Assembly (NCBI GenBank): GCA_036496555.1
Contig: DASXKY010000069.1
Location: 1-58,962 of the forward strand
Reading direction: 5' to 3'
Origin: Burkholderiales bacterium
Lineage (GTDB): Bacteria > Pseudomonadota > Gammaproteobacteria > Burkholderiales > SG8-39
DNA: 58,962 bases
This document shows, piece by piece, positions 19,521 through 30,529 of this stretch. The notes below the pieces were generated by a model. That model was not told the DNA's origin. It ran no database searches and saw nothing but the letters and a program-made list of their open reading frames with translations. The number at the start of each line of letters is the position of its first letter. Position 1 is the first letter of the stretch. A program made the translations under genes and the position numbers.

Positions 19521-19547
19521 ACAAAAAGGCGCCCGGTCGGGCGCCTT
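19521..19547 (-). terminator. terminator-like hairpin between tatA and tatB (possible partial terminator)
   Basis: Minus strand AAGGCGCCC-gacc-GGGCGCCTT followed by TTTGT. A 9-bp stem lies in the 62-nt tatA-tatB spacer. Confidence 0.5.
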
Positions 19548-19569
19548 CGATGTCGGACCGCGAGGCCGC

Positions 19570-19785
19570 TCAGGCCTTCTGCTCGGTCTTGCCTTTCACT
19601 TCGCCTTCGATCGTCTTGTTGGCGACCGGCGCGTCGGACTTCTCGCCGCCTTCGCGCATGCCGTCCTTGAAGCCGCGGACTGCACCACCGAGATCCGCGC
19701 CCATGTTGCGCAGCTTCTTGGTGCCGAAAATCAGCATCACGATCAACAGAACGATCAGCCAGTGCCAGATGCTGAACGAACCCAT
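19570..19785 (-). CDS. tatA: twin-arginine translocase subunit TatA
   Basis: [29 protein letters not shown]. 71 aa. Confidence 0.93.
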   Translation of the reverse strand: MGSFSIWHWLIVLLIVMLIFGTKKLRNMGADLGGAVRGFKDGMREGGEKSDAPVANKTIEGEVKGKTEQKA

Positions 19786-19793
19786 ACTTCCTC

Positions 19794-20156
19794 CTATTTC
19801 CGCCTCATGAGCATCGGGCCGAGAGGTTCCGGCCCGCCGAGGACGTGCATGTGGACATGATACACCTCCTGATGCCCCACCGGCCCGGTGTTGACGATGA
19901 TGCGGAAGCCGTTGGTGGCCCCTTCCTTGCGGGCCAATTCCCCTACGAGAGCAAGCATCTTACCCAGCGCCTGGTGCTGCTTCATGGACGCGTCATACAG
20001 CGTCGGCATGTGCTCCTTCGGGATGATCAGGAAGTGGACCGGCGCCTGCGGCCGTGCGTCGTGGAAGGCCAACACATCGGCGTCCTCGTAGACCTTCTTC
20101 GACGGAATCTCGCCTTTCACGATCTTGCAGAAAATGCAGTTCGGATCGCTGTTCAC
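19794..20156 (-). CDS. HIT-family (histidine triad) nucleotide-binding protein
   Basis: [14 protein letters not shown] and the triad HVHMHVLGG. The GTG start at 20156 overlaps the hisE stop (GTGA). Confidence 0.88.
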   Translation of the reverse strand: MNSDPNCIFCKIVKGEIPSKKVYEDADVLAFHDARPQAPVHFLIIPKEHMPTLYDASMKQHQALGKMLALVGELARKEGATNGFRIIVNTGPVGHQEVYHVHMHVLGGPEPLGPMLMRRK

Positions 20157-20482
20157 TTTTTTCTCGCCGCCTTCTCGTCCAGTCCGGAAATCCCCTCGCG
20201 CCGGTGCATTTCGGCGAGCACGTCGCCGGGCCCAAGGCCGTACCGCGCCAGCACGATCATCGAGTGGAACCAAAGGTCGGCCATCTCGCGCACCAGGTGC
20301 AGCTTGTCGCCGCTTTTGGCGGCGAGCACGGTCTCGGTCGCCTCCTCGCCGATCTTTTTCAGCATCGCGTCGTCACCCTTCGAAAAGAGCTTGGCGACGT
20401 AGGATTTGTCCGGGTCGCCGTCCTTCCGCTCGTCGATCGTCTTCGCGATTCTTTCCAACGTCTGGTACAGGCCGGTTTTCAT
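20153..20482 (-). CDS. hisE: phosphoribosyl-ATP pyrophosphatase
   Basis: [32 protein letters not shown] at 20482. ~109 aa. Confidence 0.9.
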   Translation of the reverse strand: MKTGLYQTLERIAKTIDERKDGDPDKSYVAKLFSKGDDAMLKKIGEEATETVLAAKSGDKLHLVREMADLWFHSMIVLARYGLGPGDVLAEMHRREGISGLDEKAARKK

Positions 20483-20862
20483 TTCTTGTAGATCTCCTTC
20501 GGATCCTTCAGCACCGGATCCGTCTCGACCCATTTCCCGTTCTCGAGTTTGCGGAAGAAACAGCGCTCGTGCCCCGTATGGCAGGCGATGCCGCCGGCCT
20601 GCTCCACCCGCAGCAGCACCGCGTCGTTGTCGCAGTCGATGCGGATCTCCTTCACTTTCTGCACGTGGCCGGATTCCTCGCCCTTGCGCCAAAGGCGCTT
20701 GCGCGAGCGCGACCAATAGACTGCCTGCTGCATTCTTACAGTCTCTTCAAGCGACTGGCGATTCATCCAAGCCACCGTGAGGATCTTGCCGGAGGAAAAA
20801 TCCTGGGTCACAACGGTGACGAGCTCATGCTCGTTCCAGGGAACCTCGTCGAGCCAGCTCAT
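20479..20862 (-). CDS. hisI: phosphoribosyl-AMP cyclohydrolase
   Basis: [21 protein letters not shown]...[30 protein letters not shown] at 20862. Confidence 0.9.
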   Translation of the reverse strand: MSWLDEVPWNEHELVTVVTQDFSSGKILTVAWMNRQSLEETVRMQQAVYWSRSRKRLWRKGEESGHVQKVKEIRIDCDNDAVLLRVEQAGGIACHTGHERCFFRKLENGKWVETDPVLKDPKEIYKK

Positions 20863-20878
20863 GGGCGCACCGTGCAGC

Positions 20879-21637
20879 TCATAGGCGAACCTCGATCCCT
20901 CGGCTCTGCATGTGCTCCTTCGCCTGTCGCACGGTGAAGTCGCCAAAGTGGAAGACGCTCGCGGCGAGCACCGCATCGGCGCGGCCCTCGATAACGCCGT
21001 CGGCGAGGTCTTTCATCGAGCCGACGCCGCCGGAGGCGATCACCGGCACGCCGACCGCCTCGGACACCGCGCGCGTGAGCGCGAGGTCGAAACCGTCGCG
21101 CGTGCCGTCGCGGTCCATGCTGGTCAGGAGGATCTCGCCGGCGCCCGCTTCCTGCATGCGCTTTGCCCATTCGACGGCGTCGAGGCCGGTGGGCTTGCGG
21201 CCGCCGTGGGTGAACACCTCCCAGGAGTCGCCTCTCTTCTTGGCGTCGATCGCCACCACGATCGCCTGGTTGCCTACGATGCCGGACATTTCGCGTATCA
21301 GGCCGGGATTCTGTACCGCCGCCGTGTTGACCGAGACCTTGTCGGCGCCGGCGTTCAGCAAGCGGCGCAGGTCTTCGACCTTCCGCACGCCACCGCCGAC
21401 GGTGAGCGGGATGAAAACCCTGCTCGCCACGGCTTCGATGACGTGCAGGAGAATGTCCCGGTCGTCCGAGGTGGCGGTGATGTCGAGGAACGCCAACTCG
21501 TCGGCGCCTTCCGCGTCGTAGCGCGCGGCGATTTCGACTGGGTCGCCCGCGTCGCGCAGGTTGACGAAGTTGACGCCTTTCACCACCCTGCCTGCGGTGA
21601 CGTCGAGGCAGGGGATGACCCGGATGGCGAGTCCCAC
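20879..21637 (-). CDS. hisF: imidazole glycerol phosphate synthase cyclase subunit
   Basis: [30 protein letters not shown], and a GTG start at 21637 two nt after the hisA stop. Confidence 0.92.
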   Translation of the reverse strand: MGLAIRVIPCLDVTAGRVVKGVNFVNLRDAGDPVEIAARYDAEGADELAFLDITATSDDRDILLHVIEAVASRVFIPLTVGGGVRKVEDLRRLLNAGADKVSVNTAAVQNPGLIREMSGIVGNQAIVVAIDAKKRGDSWEVFTHGGRKPTGLDAVEWAKRMQEAGAGEILLTSMDRDGTRDGFDLALTRAVSEAVGVPVIASGGVGSMKDLADGVIEGRADAVLAASVFHFGDFTVRQAKEHMQSRGIEVRL

Positions 21638-21639
21638 CG

Positions 21640-22389
21640 CTAGGCTTTCTTCGTCGCCTGGTCGGCGGCGGCCTGGGCCTTCTTCAGATCGAGCTTGCCC
21701 TCGTACAGCGCGCGCCCGGCGATGGCGCCGATCACGCCCTCGGGCACCAGCTTCTCGCATACCAGCTGCACGTCATTGATGCTCGAGAGGCCGCCGGACG
21801 CGATGATCGGCGTCTTGATCGCCTGCGCGAGCTTGAGCGTCGCCTCGATGTTCACGCCGGTCATCATGCCGTCGCGTCCGATATCGGTATAGATCAGCGC
21901 TTCCACCCCGTATTCCTCGTACTTCTTCGCCAGATCGACGACGTCGTGGCCGGTCATCTTCGACCAGCCTTCGACCGCGACCTTGCCTTCCTTCGCATCG
22001 AGGCCGGCGATGATGTGGCCCGGAAAGGCATAGCAGGCGTCCGACAGAAAGCCCGGATTCTTGACCGCGGCGGTGCCGATGATCGCCAGTGTCACGCCGG
22101 CATCGAGGTAGCTCTCGATGGTGTCGAGGTCGCGGATGCCGCCGCCGAGCTGGACCTGCAGCTTGTCGCCGACCGCGGCGACGATGTCGCGGATCACCTT
22201 CTCGTTCTTCGGCCGGCCGGCGACGGCGCCGTTGAGGTCGACGACGTGCAGGCGCTTCGCCCCCTGCGCGGCCCAATGTCTCGCCATGGCGACCGGGTCC
22301 TCCGAAAACACGGTGGCGCTCGCCATGTCACCCTGCTTCAGGCGCACACAGCGTCCGTCCTTCAGATCAATGGCCGGGATGATGAGCAC
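21640..22389 (-). CDS. hisA: 1-(5-phosphoribosyl)-5-[(5-phosphoribosylamino)methylideneamino]imidazole-4-carboxamide isomerase
   Basis: [30 protein letters not shown]. Confidence 0.92.
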   Translation of the reverse strand: MLIIPAIDLKDGRCVRLKQGDMASATVFSEDPVAMARHWAAQGAKRLHVVDLNGAVAGRPKNEKVIRDIVAAVGDKLQVQLGGGIRDLDTIESYLDAGVTLAIIGTAAVKNPGFLSDACYAFPGHIIAGLDAKEGKVAVEGWSKMTGHDVVDLAKKYEEYGVEALIYTDIGRDGMMTGVNIEATLKLAQAIKTPIIASGGLSSINDVQLVCEKLVPEGVIGAIAGRALYEGKLDLKKAQAAADQATKKA

Positions 22390-22423
22390 GCAGGTGCTCG
22401 GACACTCATTTTTAGAAAAACAG

Positions 22424-23035
22424 TCAGGGGCGCCAGTTCAGGAAGTTGGAGAGGAGTTGCAGGCCGGCGGACTGGCTTTTTTCAGGGTGGAACTGGACAG
22501 CGAAAATATTATCCCGGGCGACGGCGCAGGTAAAGGGTGCACCGTACACGCAAGTCGCGGCGACCAGCGCCGGATCGCGCGGCTCCGGAAAGTAGCTGTG
22601 CACGAAATAGAAGCGGGTTCGGTCGGGAATCCCCTGCCACAGCGCGTGCGGACGGCCCTGGAGCACCTCGTTCCAGCCCATGTGCGGGATCTTCCGCCCC
22701 GGCGCGGAAAGCCTCGGCACTCGGCCCGGGAGCACCCCGAGCCCTTCGGTGTCGCCCTCTTCGCCGCGCTCGAAAAGGAGCTGCAGCCCGATGCACATGC
22801 CGAGGAATGGCTTATCGCGCGCCGCAGCAACCACCGCGTCGCGCGCGCCGCTCGCGGCGAGCTGCCGCATGCAATCCGGCAACGCCCCCTGCCCCGGGAA
22901 TACGACGCGGTCGGCTGAGCGGATGGCGGCCGGATCGGCGGTAACAACCACCTGGTCGCGGGGCCCGACGTGCTCCACCGCTTTCGCCACCGACCTGAGG
23001 TTGCCCATGCCGTAATCGACTACGGCGATCTTCAA
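22424..23035 (-). CDS. hisH: imidazole glycerol phosphate synthase glutamine amidotransferase subunit
   Basis: TTG start ([16 protein letters not shown]), catalytic [15 protein letters not shown]. Confidence 0.9.
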   Translation of the reverse strand: MKIAVVDYGMGNLRSVAKAVEHVGPRDQVVVTADPAAIRSADRVVFPGQGALPDCMRQLAASGARDAVVAAARDKPFLGMCIGLQLLFERGEEGDTEGLGVLPGRVPRLSAPGRKIPHMGWNEVLQGRPHALWQGIPDRTRFYFVHSYFPEPRDPALVAATCVYGAPFTCAVARDNIFAVQFHPEKSQSAGLQLLSNFLNWRP

Positions 23036-23036
23036 G

Positions 23037-23639
23037 TCAGAGCGTTCCTTTGGTCGAAGGAACGGCGCCGGCCGTGCGCGGGTCGGGCTCGGCGGCCAGG
23101 CGCAGGGCACGCGCGAACGCCTTGAAGATCGTCTCGCACTGGTGGTGGGCGTTGTCGCCGCGCAGGTTGTCGATATGCAGCGTCACCTGGGCGTGGTTGA
23201 CGAAGCCCTGGAAGAACTCGTGCATCAGGTCGACGTCGAACTCGCCGATCAGCGCGCGCGTGAACTCGACGTGGTACTCGAGGCCCGGCCGGCCCGAACA
23301 GTCGACCACCACGCGCGACAGCGCCTCGTCGAGCGGCACGTAGGCATGGCCGAAGCGGCGGATGCCGGACTTGTCGCCAAGCGCCTTGGCGAAGGCCTGG
23401 CCGAGCGTGATGCCGATGTCCTCGACGGTGTGGTGCCCGTCGATGTGCAGGTCGCCCTTCGCCTCGATCTCCAGGTCGAGCATGCCGTGGCGCGCCACCT
23501 GGTCGAGCATGTGCTCGAGGAACGGCAGCCCGGTCGAGAGCTTGGCCGAACCCTTGCCGTCCAGGTTGAGCTTCACCCGGATCTGGGTTTCCTTGGTGTT
23601 GCGGGTGACTTCCGCCTGTCTCACAGCGTTACTTGTCAT
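23037..23639 (-). CDS. hisB: imidazoleglycerol-phosphate dehydratase
   Basis: [46 protein letters not shown]. Monofunctional, 200 aa. ATGA overlap with hisC. Confidence 0.92.
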   Translation of the reverse strand: MTSNAVRQAEVTRNTKETQIRVKLNLDGKGSAKLSTGLPFLEHMLDQVARHGMLDLEIEAKGDLHIDGHHTVEDIGITLGQAFAKALGDKSGIRRFGHAYVPLDEALSRVVVDCSGRPGLEYHVEFTRALIGEFDVDLMHEFFQGFVNHAQVTLHIDNLRGDNAHHQCETIFKAFARALRLAAEPDPRTAGAVPSTKGTL

Positions 23640-24688
23640 AGAGCTTCGCGCAGAGCAGTAAGCAGTATACGGTTTTCGTCGGGGGTGCCGACCGTGACGC
23701 GCAGGCAGCCGGCAAGCGCCGGATGCAGGTTCTTCACCAGCACGTTCTGCTGCCTGAGCGCGCCGAAGCTGCGGTCGGCGTCGGGCACGCGTACCAGGAT
23801 GAAGTTGGCCTGCGACGGGAAGACCGTTACGCCTTTCAGCGCGGCGAGCGATTTCGACAGGGTTTCGCGGTCCGCCCGGATGCGCGCCGCCTGCGCCTCC
23901 AGGACCTCGAGCTTCTCCAGCATGAAGAGCGCGGCGGCCTGCGTGAGCACGCCCACGTTGTAAGGCGGGCGCAGCTTGTCGAACTGCTCGACCCACTGCG
24001 GGCGGCCCGCCAGGTAGCCGAGCCGGATGCCGGCGAGGCCGAGCTTCGACAGCGTGCGGATCACGACGAGGTTGTCGAACTCGGCGAGCCGCGGCATGAA
24101 GCTCTTGCCGGCGAAGGCGTGGTAGGCCTCGTCGATCACCACCAGCCCCTCGCAGGCGCGGATCACCGCGACCAGGTCGTCCTCGGGGTAAAGAAACCCG
24201 GTCGGGTTGTTCGGGTAGGCGATGAATACCACCGCCGGCTTCTCGGCCCTCATCCGCGCGATGAACGCGCCCGCGTCGAACGCGTAGTCGTCGCGCAGGG
24301 GGACCGCGACCGGCCGCATGCCGGCGAAGGTCGAGCTCATGCCGTACATGACGAACGTGGGCGATGGATACATCGAGACGGCACCCGGCCGGGCGAGCGC
24401 GGTGATCACCATCTGGATCAGCTCGTCGGAGCCGTTGCCGAGCAGCACCTCCATGCCGCCCGGCACGCCCATGCGGCGCGCGATCGCGTCGCGCAGCTGC
24501 CGCGGGTTGGGCGACGGATAGCGGTTGAGCTCGACGCGCGAGAGCACCGCCGCCAGCTCGCGCCGCAGATCTTCCGGCAGCGCGTATGGGTTCTCCATCG
24601 CGTCGAGCTTGACCATGCCCTCCGCCGTCGGCACGTGATAGGCCTTGAGCGCGAGGATCTCAGGCCGCACGAGGTCCTCAGGCTTCAT
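23636..24688 (-). CDS. hisC: histidinol-phosphate aminotransferase
   Basis: 350 aa class-II aminotransferase. [19 protein letters not shown] (PLP lysine context). Confidence 0.9.
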   Translation of the reverse strand: MKPEDLVRPEILALKAYHVPTAEGMVKLDAMENPYALPEDLRRELAAVLSRVELNRYPSPNPRQLRDAIARRMGVPGGMEVLLGNGSDELIQMVITALARPGAVSMYPSPTFVMYGMSSTFAGMRPVAVPLRDDYAFDAGAFIARMRAEKPAVVFIAYPNNPTGFLYPEDDLVAVIRACEGLVVIDEAYHAFAGKSFMPRLAEFDNLVVIRTLSKLGLAGIRLGYLAGRPQWVEQFDKLRPPYNVGVLTQAAALFMLEKLEVLEAQAARIRADRETLSKSLAALKGVTVFPSQANFILVRVPDADRSFGALRQQNVLVKNLHPALAGCLRVTVGTPDENRILLTALREAL

Positions 24689-24698
24689 TTCATCCGCC

Positions 24699-25961
24699 TC
24701 ATTTCATTCTCATTTCGGCGGCGCGCGCATGTGCCGGCAAGCCTTCGCCTTCGGCGAGCGTCTTCGCGATGCGGCCGAGCGACTGGGCGGACTCTTTCGA
24801 GACCGCGATCACGCTGGTCCGCTTCTGGAAGTCGTACACGCCGAGCGGCGACGAGAAGCGGGCCGTGCCCGCAGTCGGCAGCACGTGGTTCGGGCCGGCG
24901 CAGTAGTCGCCGATCGCCTCCGAGCTCCAGTGGCCGAGGAAGATCGCTCCCACCCTTGTCAGCTTGGAGACGTATCTTTCCGGAACGCGCACGGCGAGCT
25001 CGAGGTGCTCTGGCGCGATGCGGTTCGCCACCGCGCAGGCCTCCTCGAGGTCGCGCGTGAGAATGAGCGCGCCGCGCGCCCTGAGCGAGGCGGTGATGAC
25101 GGATTTTCGTTCCATCTCGGGAAGGAGTTTTCCGATCGAGACTTCGACTGCGTTCAGGAACCCCTCTTCCGGCGAGAGCAGGATCGCCTGCGCCGACTCG
25201 TCGTGCTCGGCCTGCGAGAAGAGATCCATCGCCACCCAGTCGGCGTTGGCCGAGGCGTCCGCGATGACCAGGATCTCGGAGGGACCGGCGACCATGTCGA
25301 TGCCGACCTCGCCGAACACTTGGCGCTTCGCCTCGGCGACGTAGGCATTGCCGGGGCCGACGATCTTGTCCACCTTGGCGATTCGCTTTGTCCCATAAGC
25401 GAGCGCGGCGATCGCCTGCGCGCCGCCCAGGCGCAGCACGCGGTCGACGCCGGCGAGCGCGGCCGCGGCGAGAACCAGCGGGTTCGGATTGGGGCTCGCC
25501 ATGACCAGCTCGCGCACGCCGGCGACCTTGGCTGGCACGGCGTTCATCAGCACCGACGAGGGATAGGCCGCCTTGCCGCCCGGCACATAGAGGCCGACGC
25601 GCTCGAGCGGCGTCACCTGCTGGCCGAGCCGCGTGCCGTCGCCGTCGGTGAACTCCCAGGACTTCTGCAGCTGCCTCTCGTGGAAGGCGCGGATGCGCTC
25701 GTGCGCCGCGCGCAGCGCCGCGGCCTGCTCGGCGGGAATCGAATTCAGCAGCTCGCCGCTGACGGACAATTCCTCGGGCAGCACGCCGTCGAACTTCTTG
25801 CTGTACTTGCGCACCGCGGCGTCGCCGTTCTTGCGCACGTCGGCGAGGATTGCGCGCACCGCCTTCTGCACCTGCGGATCCTGCGCGGCGTCGTAGCGCG
25901 TGAGCGCCGCCAGCTTCGCGTCGAAGCCCGCGGTGGCGGTCGAGAGTCGGCGCATCTTCAT
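24699..25961 (-). CDS. hisD: histidinol dehydrogenase
   Basis: The start [17 protein letters not shown] at 25961 overlaps the hisG stop (ATGA). SQAEHDE and PEHLEL motifs are present. Confidence 0.92.
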   Translation of the reverse strand: MKMRRLSTATAGFDAKLAALTRYDAAQDPQVQKAVRAILADVRKNGDAAVRKYSKKFDGVLPEELSVSGELLNSIPAEQAAALRAAHERIRAFHERQLQKSWEFTDGDGTRLGQQVTPLERVGLYVPGGKAAYPSSVLMNAVPAKVAGVRELVMASPNPNPLVLAAAALAGVDRVLRLGGAQAIAALAYGTKRIAKVDKIVGPGNAYVAEAKRQVFGEVGIDMVAGPSEILVIADASANADWVAMDLFSQAEHDESAQAILLSPEEGFLNAVEVSIGKLLPEMERKSVITASLRARGALILTRDLEEACAVANRIAPEHLELAVRVPERYVSKLTRVGAIFLGHWSSEAIGDYCAGPNHVLPTAGTARFSSPLGVYDFQKRTSVIAVSKESAQSLGRIAKTLAEGEGLPAHARAAEMRMK

Positions 25962-26602
25962 TGCGCCGCCGCTTTTGCGAACGCGTCGATGATCGGCTGC
26001 AGCTCCGCGCGCCGCGTCTTCAGCGCCGCCTGGTTGACGATCAGCCGCGCCGAGACCGGCATGATCTCCTCGACCGCGACGAGATCGTTCGCCTTCAGCG
26101 TCTTGCCGGTGGCGACGAGGTCGACGATCGCGTCGGCGAGCCCGGTGAGCGGCGCGAGCTCCATCGAGCCGTACAGGCGGATGAGGTCGACGTGCACGCC
26201 CTTCGCGCCGAAGTGCTGGTGGGTGATGCCCGGATATTTGCTCGCGACTCGGAGCCGCGCGCCCTGGCGCACTGCGCCGGCGTAGTCGAAGCCCTTGCGC
26301 ACCGCGACGACCATGCGGCACTTCGCGATGCCGAGATCGAGCGGCTGGTACAGCCCCGCGCCGCCGTGCTCGACGAGCATGTCGCGGCCGGCGATGCCGA
26401 TGTCGGCGCCGCCGTGCTCGACATAAGTGGGCGTGTCGGAAGCGCGCACCACGATCAAGCGCAGGTCGCGCTTGTTCGTGCCGATGATTAGTTTGCGGGA
26501 GTGTTCGGGGTCCTGCTTAGGCCGGATACCGGCGCGCGCGAGCAGCGGCGCGGTCTCGTCGAAGATCCGCCCCTTCGACAACGCAATGCTGATGCTCGCC
26601 AT
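25958..26602 (-). CDS. hisG: ATP phosphoribosyltransferase, short (HisZ-dependent) form
   Basis: 214 aa. [24 protein letters not shown]. It lacks the C-terminal regulatory domain of long HisG. Confidence 0.9.
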   Translation of the reverse strand: MASISIALSKGRIFDETAPLLARAGIRPKQDPEHSRKLIIGTNKRDLRLIVVRASDTPTYVEHGGADIGIAGRDMLVEHGGAGLYQPLDLGIAKCRMVVAVRKGFDYAGAVRQGARLRVASKYPGITHQHFGAKGVHVDLIRLYGSMELAPLTGLADAIVDLVATGKTLKANDLVAVEEIMPVSARLIVNQAALKTRRAELQPIIDAFAKAAAQ

Positions 26603-26642
26603 GATGTGCCGTACCCATAGAGGGGCCGGATTTTACATTAAT

Positions 26643-27896
26643 TCAACGAATCCGCTCGACGCGAGCGCCGAGTGCGCCCAGCTTCGTTTCCAGCGCCTCA
26701 TAGCCGCGGTCGAGATGGTAGATACGCTCGATGGTGGTCTCGCCCTCGGCGACCAGGCCGGCGATGACGAGGCTCGCCGAGGCGCGCAGGTCGGTCGCCA
26801 TCACCGTCGCGCCCTGCAAGCGCTCGACGCCGCGCACCACTGCGGTGTTGCCCTGGATCGCGATGTCGGCGCCGAGGCGCTGCAGTTCGAGCGCGTGCAT
26901 GAAGCGGTTCTCGAAGATGTTCTCGGTGACGGTCGCGGTGCCGCTCGCGACGGTATCGAGCGCCATGAACTGCGCCTGCATGTCGGTGGCGAAGCCGGGA
27001 TAGGGCGCCGTGCGGATGCTGATGGCGCCCGGCCTCGTCTTCATTTCAATTTCTATAGACGATCCACTCGAGATGATGGCGGCACCGGCCTCGCGCAGCT
27101 TCTCGAGGGTCGCATCGAGCGTCTCGGGCGCGACGCCGGTGAGCCTGACCTTGCCGCCGGTAGCCGCGACCGCTGCGAGGTAGGTGCCGGTCTCGATGCG
27201 GTCGGGCATCACGCGATGCGCTGCGCCGCCGAGCGAGGCGACGCCCTCGATGCGGATCGCGTCGGTCCCAGCGCCCTCGATCTTCGCGCCCATCGCCTGA
27301 AGGCAGCGCGCGAGGTCGACTACCTCGGGCTCGCGCGCCGCGTTCTCGAGCAGCGTCTCGCCCTCGGCGAGCGCCGCCGCCATCATCAGGTTCTCGGTGC
27401 CGGTGACGGTGACCATGTCCATCACGATGCGCGCGCCGCGCAGGCGCTTCGCTTCGGCGAGCATGTAGCCGTGCTCGATCTCGATCGTCGCGCCCATCGC
27501 CTGCAGCCCCTTCACGTGCTGGTCGACCGGGCGCTGGCCGATCGCGCACCCTCCGGGCAGCGAGACCTTGGCGCGGCCGCCCCGCGCCAGCAGCGGGCCG
27601 AGGACCAGGACCGAGGCGCGCATCGTCTTCACCAGATCGTAGGGCGCGGTCGGGTCCTCGATGCGCCGCGCGTTCAGGACGAATTCGCCGTCGGCGGCGT
27701 GCTCGGCCTGCATGCCCATGCGCCTGAGCAGCTTGGCCATGGTCGAGATGTCCATCAGGCGCGGCACGTTGGTGAGCCGCAGTGGCTTGTCGGTGAGGAG
27801 CGCCGCGCAGAGGATCGGCAGCGCCGCGTTCTTCGCGCCGGAGACGGCGACCGTGCCACGGAGCTGCCGGCCGCCGCTGATCCTCAGTTTGTCCAT
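26643..27896 (-). CDS. murA: UDP-N-acetylglucosamine 1-carboxyvinyltransferase
   Basis: [29 protein letters not shown], active-site region [15 protein letters not shown]. Confidence 0.95.
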   Translation of the reverse strand: MDKLRISGGRQLRGTVAVSGAKNAALPILCAALLTDKPLRLTNVPRLMDISTMAKLLRRMGMQAEHAADGEFVLNARRIEDPTAPYDLVKTMRASVLVLGPLLARGGRAKVSLPGGCAIGQRPVDQHVKGLQAMGATIEIEHGYMLAEAKRLRGARIVMDMVTVTGTENLMMAAALAEGETLLENAAREPEVVDLARCLQAMGAKIEGAGTDAIRIEGVASLGGAAHRVMPDRIETGTYLAAVAATGGKVRLTGVAPETLDATLEKLREAGAAIISSGSSIEIEMKTRPGAISIRTAPYPGFATDMQAQFMALDTVASGTATVTENIFENRFMHALELQRLGADIAIQGNTAVVRGVERLQGATVMATDLRASASLVIAGLVAEGETTIERIYHLDRGYEALETKLGALGARVERIR

Positions 27897-27905
27897 GCCG
27901 ACGTT

Positions 27906-28157
27906 CTACCCGCCAATTCTGTCTTTCTTATTCCATTCCTCGGGCGTCAGCGTTTGCATCGACAGCGCATGAATTTCCTCGCGCATGCGGTCGCCGAGCG
28001 CGGCGTACACCAACTGGTGGCGCTGCACGCGGCTCTTGCCGGCAAAGGCCGCCGAGACGATGAGCGCCTGGAAATGCTGTCCGTCGCCAATCACCTCCAG
28101 GTGCTCGCAGGCGAGCCCGGCGGCGATGCCGGCCTGCACGCTTTCGGGGGTGACCAT
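27906..28157 (-). CDS. ibaG: BolA-family protein (IbaG/YrbA-like)
   Basis: 83 aa. GDGQHFQALIVSAAFAGKSRVQRHQLVY...IHALSMQTLTPEEW. Confidence 0.85.
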   Translation of the reverse strand: MVTPESVQAGIAAGLACEHLEVIGDGQHFQALIVSAAFAGKSRVQRHQLVYAALGDRMREEIHALSMQTLTPEEWNKKDRIGG

Positions 28158-28912
28158 CAGTGTCTCAGCCTGTATCCGGACTTGAGCAGCAGCACGCAGG
28201 CGAACGATACCGAGAAAAAGCTCGCCGCGACCACCGCGAGGCTGGCCCAGGGCGAGAGGTCGCCAGCGCCGAAGAAGCCGTACCGGAAGCCGTCCACCAT
28301 ATAGAAGAAGGGGTTGAAGTGGGAGAGCTGCGCCCACGGCGCGGGCAGCGAATGGATCGAATAGAACACGCCGGCGAGCATGGTGAGCGGCAGGATGACG
28401 AAGTTCTGGAACGCGGCGAGCTGGTCGATCTTCTCCGAGACGATGCCGGCGACCAGGCCGAGCGCGCCGGCGAGCGCAGCGCTCGCCAGGCCGAAGACCA
28501 GCGCCCAGACGGGCGCAACCAGCCGCAGGTCGGCGAACCACACCGTGGCGAGCATCACCCCCGCTCCCACCACCAGCCCGCGCGCCGTGGCGGCGAGGAC
28601 GTAGGCCCAGAAAAACTCCAGGTAGGAGATCGGCGGCAGCAGCACGAAGACGATGTTGCCGGTGATCTTCGACTGGATCAGGCTCGAGGAGCTGTTGGCG
28701 AAGGCGTTCTGCAGCACGCTCATCATCACCAGGCCCGGCACCAGGAACGAGGCATAGTCGACGCCGGCGAACGCGGCGGCGCGCCCCTGCAGCGCATGGC
28801 CGAAGATGACGAGATACAACAGCGCCGTGAGGACCGGCGCCGCGATCGTCTGCACGCTTACCTTCCAGAAGCGCAGCATCTCCTTGTAGAACAGCGTGCG
28901 GAACGGGATCAC
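28157..28912 (-). CDS. ABC-2 type transporter permease (YadH-like)
   Basis: Six-TM ABC-2 permease. MIPFRTLFYKEMLRFWKVSVQTI N-terminus. Confidence 0.85.
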   Translation of the reverse strand: MIPFRTLFYKEMLRFWKVSVQTIAAPVLTALLYLVIFGHALQGRAAAFAGVDYASFLVPGLVMMSVLQNAFANSSSSLIQSKITGNIVFVLLPPISYLEFFWAYVLAATARGLVVGAGVMLATVWFADLRLVAPVWALVFGLASAALAGALGLVAGIVSEKIDQLAAFQNFVILPLTMLAGVFYSIHSLPAPWAQLSHFNPFFYMVDGFRYGFFGAGDLSPWASLAVVAASFFSVSFACVLLLKSGYRLRH

Positions 28913-29634
28913 GCCGCGGCCCGCCCGGTGAGGCGCACGAAGATCTGCTCGAGATCGGCGCCGGCGAAGCTCTTCAGCAGGTTCGCGGTGGTGTCGAGCG
29001 CGACGATGGCGCCCGCCTTGAGCATGGCGATGCGCTGGCAGTGCGCCTCGGCTTCCTCGAGATAATGCGTCGTCAGCACGATGGTGTGGCCGTCATCGTT
29101 CAGCCGCCGCACGAACTGCCACAGGCCCTGGCGCAGCTCGACGTCGACGCCAGCGGTCGGTTCGTCGAGCACGATCACCGGCGGCTTGTGCACCAGCGCC
29201 TGCGCGACGAGCACGCGGCGCTTCATGCCGCCGGAGAGCGAGCGCATGTTGGCGTCGGCCTTCGAAACGAGGTCGAGATGATGCATCACCTCATCGATCC
29301 ATGCGTCGTTGCCGCGGATTCCGTAGTAGCCCGACTGCAGGCGCAGCGTCTCGCGCACGGTGAAGAACGGATCGAACACCAGCTCCTGCGGTACCACGCC
29401 GAGCATGCGCCGCGCGCGCCGGTAGTCGGCGACGACGTCGGCGCCCATCACCCGCACGCGGCCGGCGTCGGCGCGCACCAGGCCCGCGATGACGTTGATG
29501 AGCGTGGTCTTGCCCGCGCCGTTCGGGCCGAGCAGCCCGAAGAACTCGCCCTCGGCAATGGCGAGCGAGACGCCGGCGAGGGCGCGCAGCTTGCCGTAGT
29601 GCTTCTCGACCGCCTGGACTTCTATAGCGTTCAG
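28909..29634 (-). CDS. ABC transporter ATP-binding protein (YadG-like); start uncertain
   Basis: Walker A GPNGAGKT, signature LSGGMKRR, Walker B VIVLDEPTAG. The only start-like codon near the conserved N-terminus is CTG 29634, which overlaps the upstream TGA (CTGA). The listed ATG at 29748 would overlap mlaB by 117 nt. Confidence 0.8.
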   Translation of the reverse strand: MNAIEVQAVEKHYGKLRALAGVSLAIAEGEFFGLLGPNGAGKTTLINVIAGLVRADAGRVRVMGADVVADYRRARRMLGVVPQELVFDPFFTVRETLRLQSGYYGIRGNDAWIDEVMHHLDLVSKADANMRSLSGGMKRRVLVAQALVHKPPVIVLDEPTAGVDVELRQGLWQFVRRLNDDGHTIVLTTHYLEEAEAHCQRIAMLKAGAIVALDTTANLLKSFAGADLEQIFVRLTGRAAA

Positions 29635-29915
29635 TGGGCGGCGGGCAACAGGGCTTCGACGCCGTAGAGGCGCGCGATGGTCTGCAGGGCCGCGGGCAGG
29701 TTGGCGAAGGCGAGCGAGCGGCCCGCAGCGCGCGCCTCGCGCAGCCATGCCAGCAGCAGGGCGAGCGCCGAGGAATCGAGCTCAGTGACTTCCTTCAGAT
29801 CGACGGTCGCCGCGCCGTCGGCGAGGTGGCGGCCGCCTTCTTCGTGCAGCGCGCCGACGTTGGCGAGCGTCACCGGCCCGGAAAGCACGAGGCGGCCGTT
29901 TTCAAGCCGCATCAC
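29631..29915 (-). CDS. mlaB: STAS-domain protein, MlaB-like
   Basis: 94 aa. STAS pattern VDLKEVTELDSSALALLLAWLREA. Position downstream of mlaC. Confidence 0.8.
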   Translation of the reverse strand: MMRLENGRLVLSGPVTLANVGALHEEGGRHLADGAATVDLKEVTELDSSALALLLAWLREARAAGRSLAFANLPAALQTIARLYGVEALLPAAH

Positions 29916-30529
29916 TTCTTCTGCCCCAGCTGGCTGTTCTTCGCCTGCAGGTTCCGGATCAGGCCGTCGATGCCCGAGCTGCGCACGACGGTGGCGAACT
30001 CGGTGCGGTAGTTGGCGACCAGGCTTACGCCGCCGACGGCGACGTCGTACGCCTTCCAGCCGCTCGGCGTCTTCTCCATGCTGTAGTCGATCGGCACCGG
30101 CTGCGTGCCCGGCTGCAGCACGCGCACCTGCACCACCACGTCGGTGTCGGTGGGCTTCGCGCGCAGCGGGCGGAAATCGAACTTCTGGTCGCTGTAGGCG
30201 GCGAGGGCGCTGGCGTAGGTACGCACGAGCAGCGTGCGGAACGCGTCCACCAGCTGCTTTTTCTGCTCGGGCGTCGCCGTGCGCCAGTTCTGCCCCATCG
30301 CGAGTGACGTCATGGAGTCGAAGTCGAAGTGCGGCAGCACCTTGGCGCTGATCACCTGCAGGAGCTTGGCGCGGTTGCCAGCCTGGATCTCCTTGTCCTT
30401 GACGATCAGCTCGAGCACTTCGAGCGTCACGGTCTTCACCAGCACGTCGGGCGGCGTCGCTTCCTGTGCGTGCGCTGCGGCGAGAAGAAGGAACGAGGCG
30501 AGGATCGCGGTGATTTTTGTCATGTTCAT
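29912..30529 (-). CDS. mlaC: phospholipid-binding periplasmic protein MlaC (Ttg2D)
   Basis: Signal peptide, size 205 aa and context within the mla operon. Confidence 0.85.
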   Translation of the reverse strand: MNMTKITAILASFLLLAAAHAQEATPPDVLVKTVTLEVLELIVKDKEIQAGNRAKLLQVISAKVLPHFDFDSMTSLAMGQNWRTATPEQKKQLVDAFRTLLVRTYASALAAYSDQKFDFRPLRAKPTDTDVVVQVRVLQPGTQPVPIDYSMEKTPSGWKAYDVAVGGVSLVANYRTEFATVVRSSGIDGLIRNLQAKNSQLGQKK

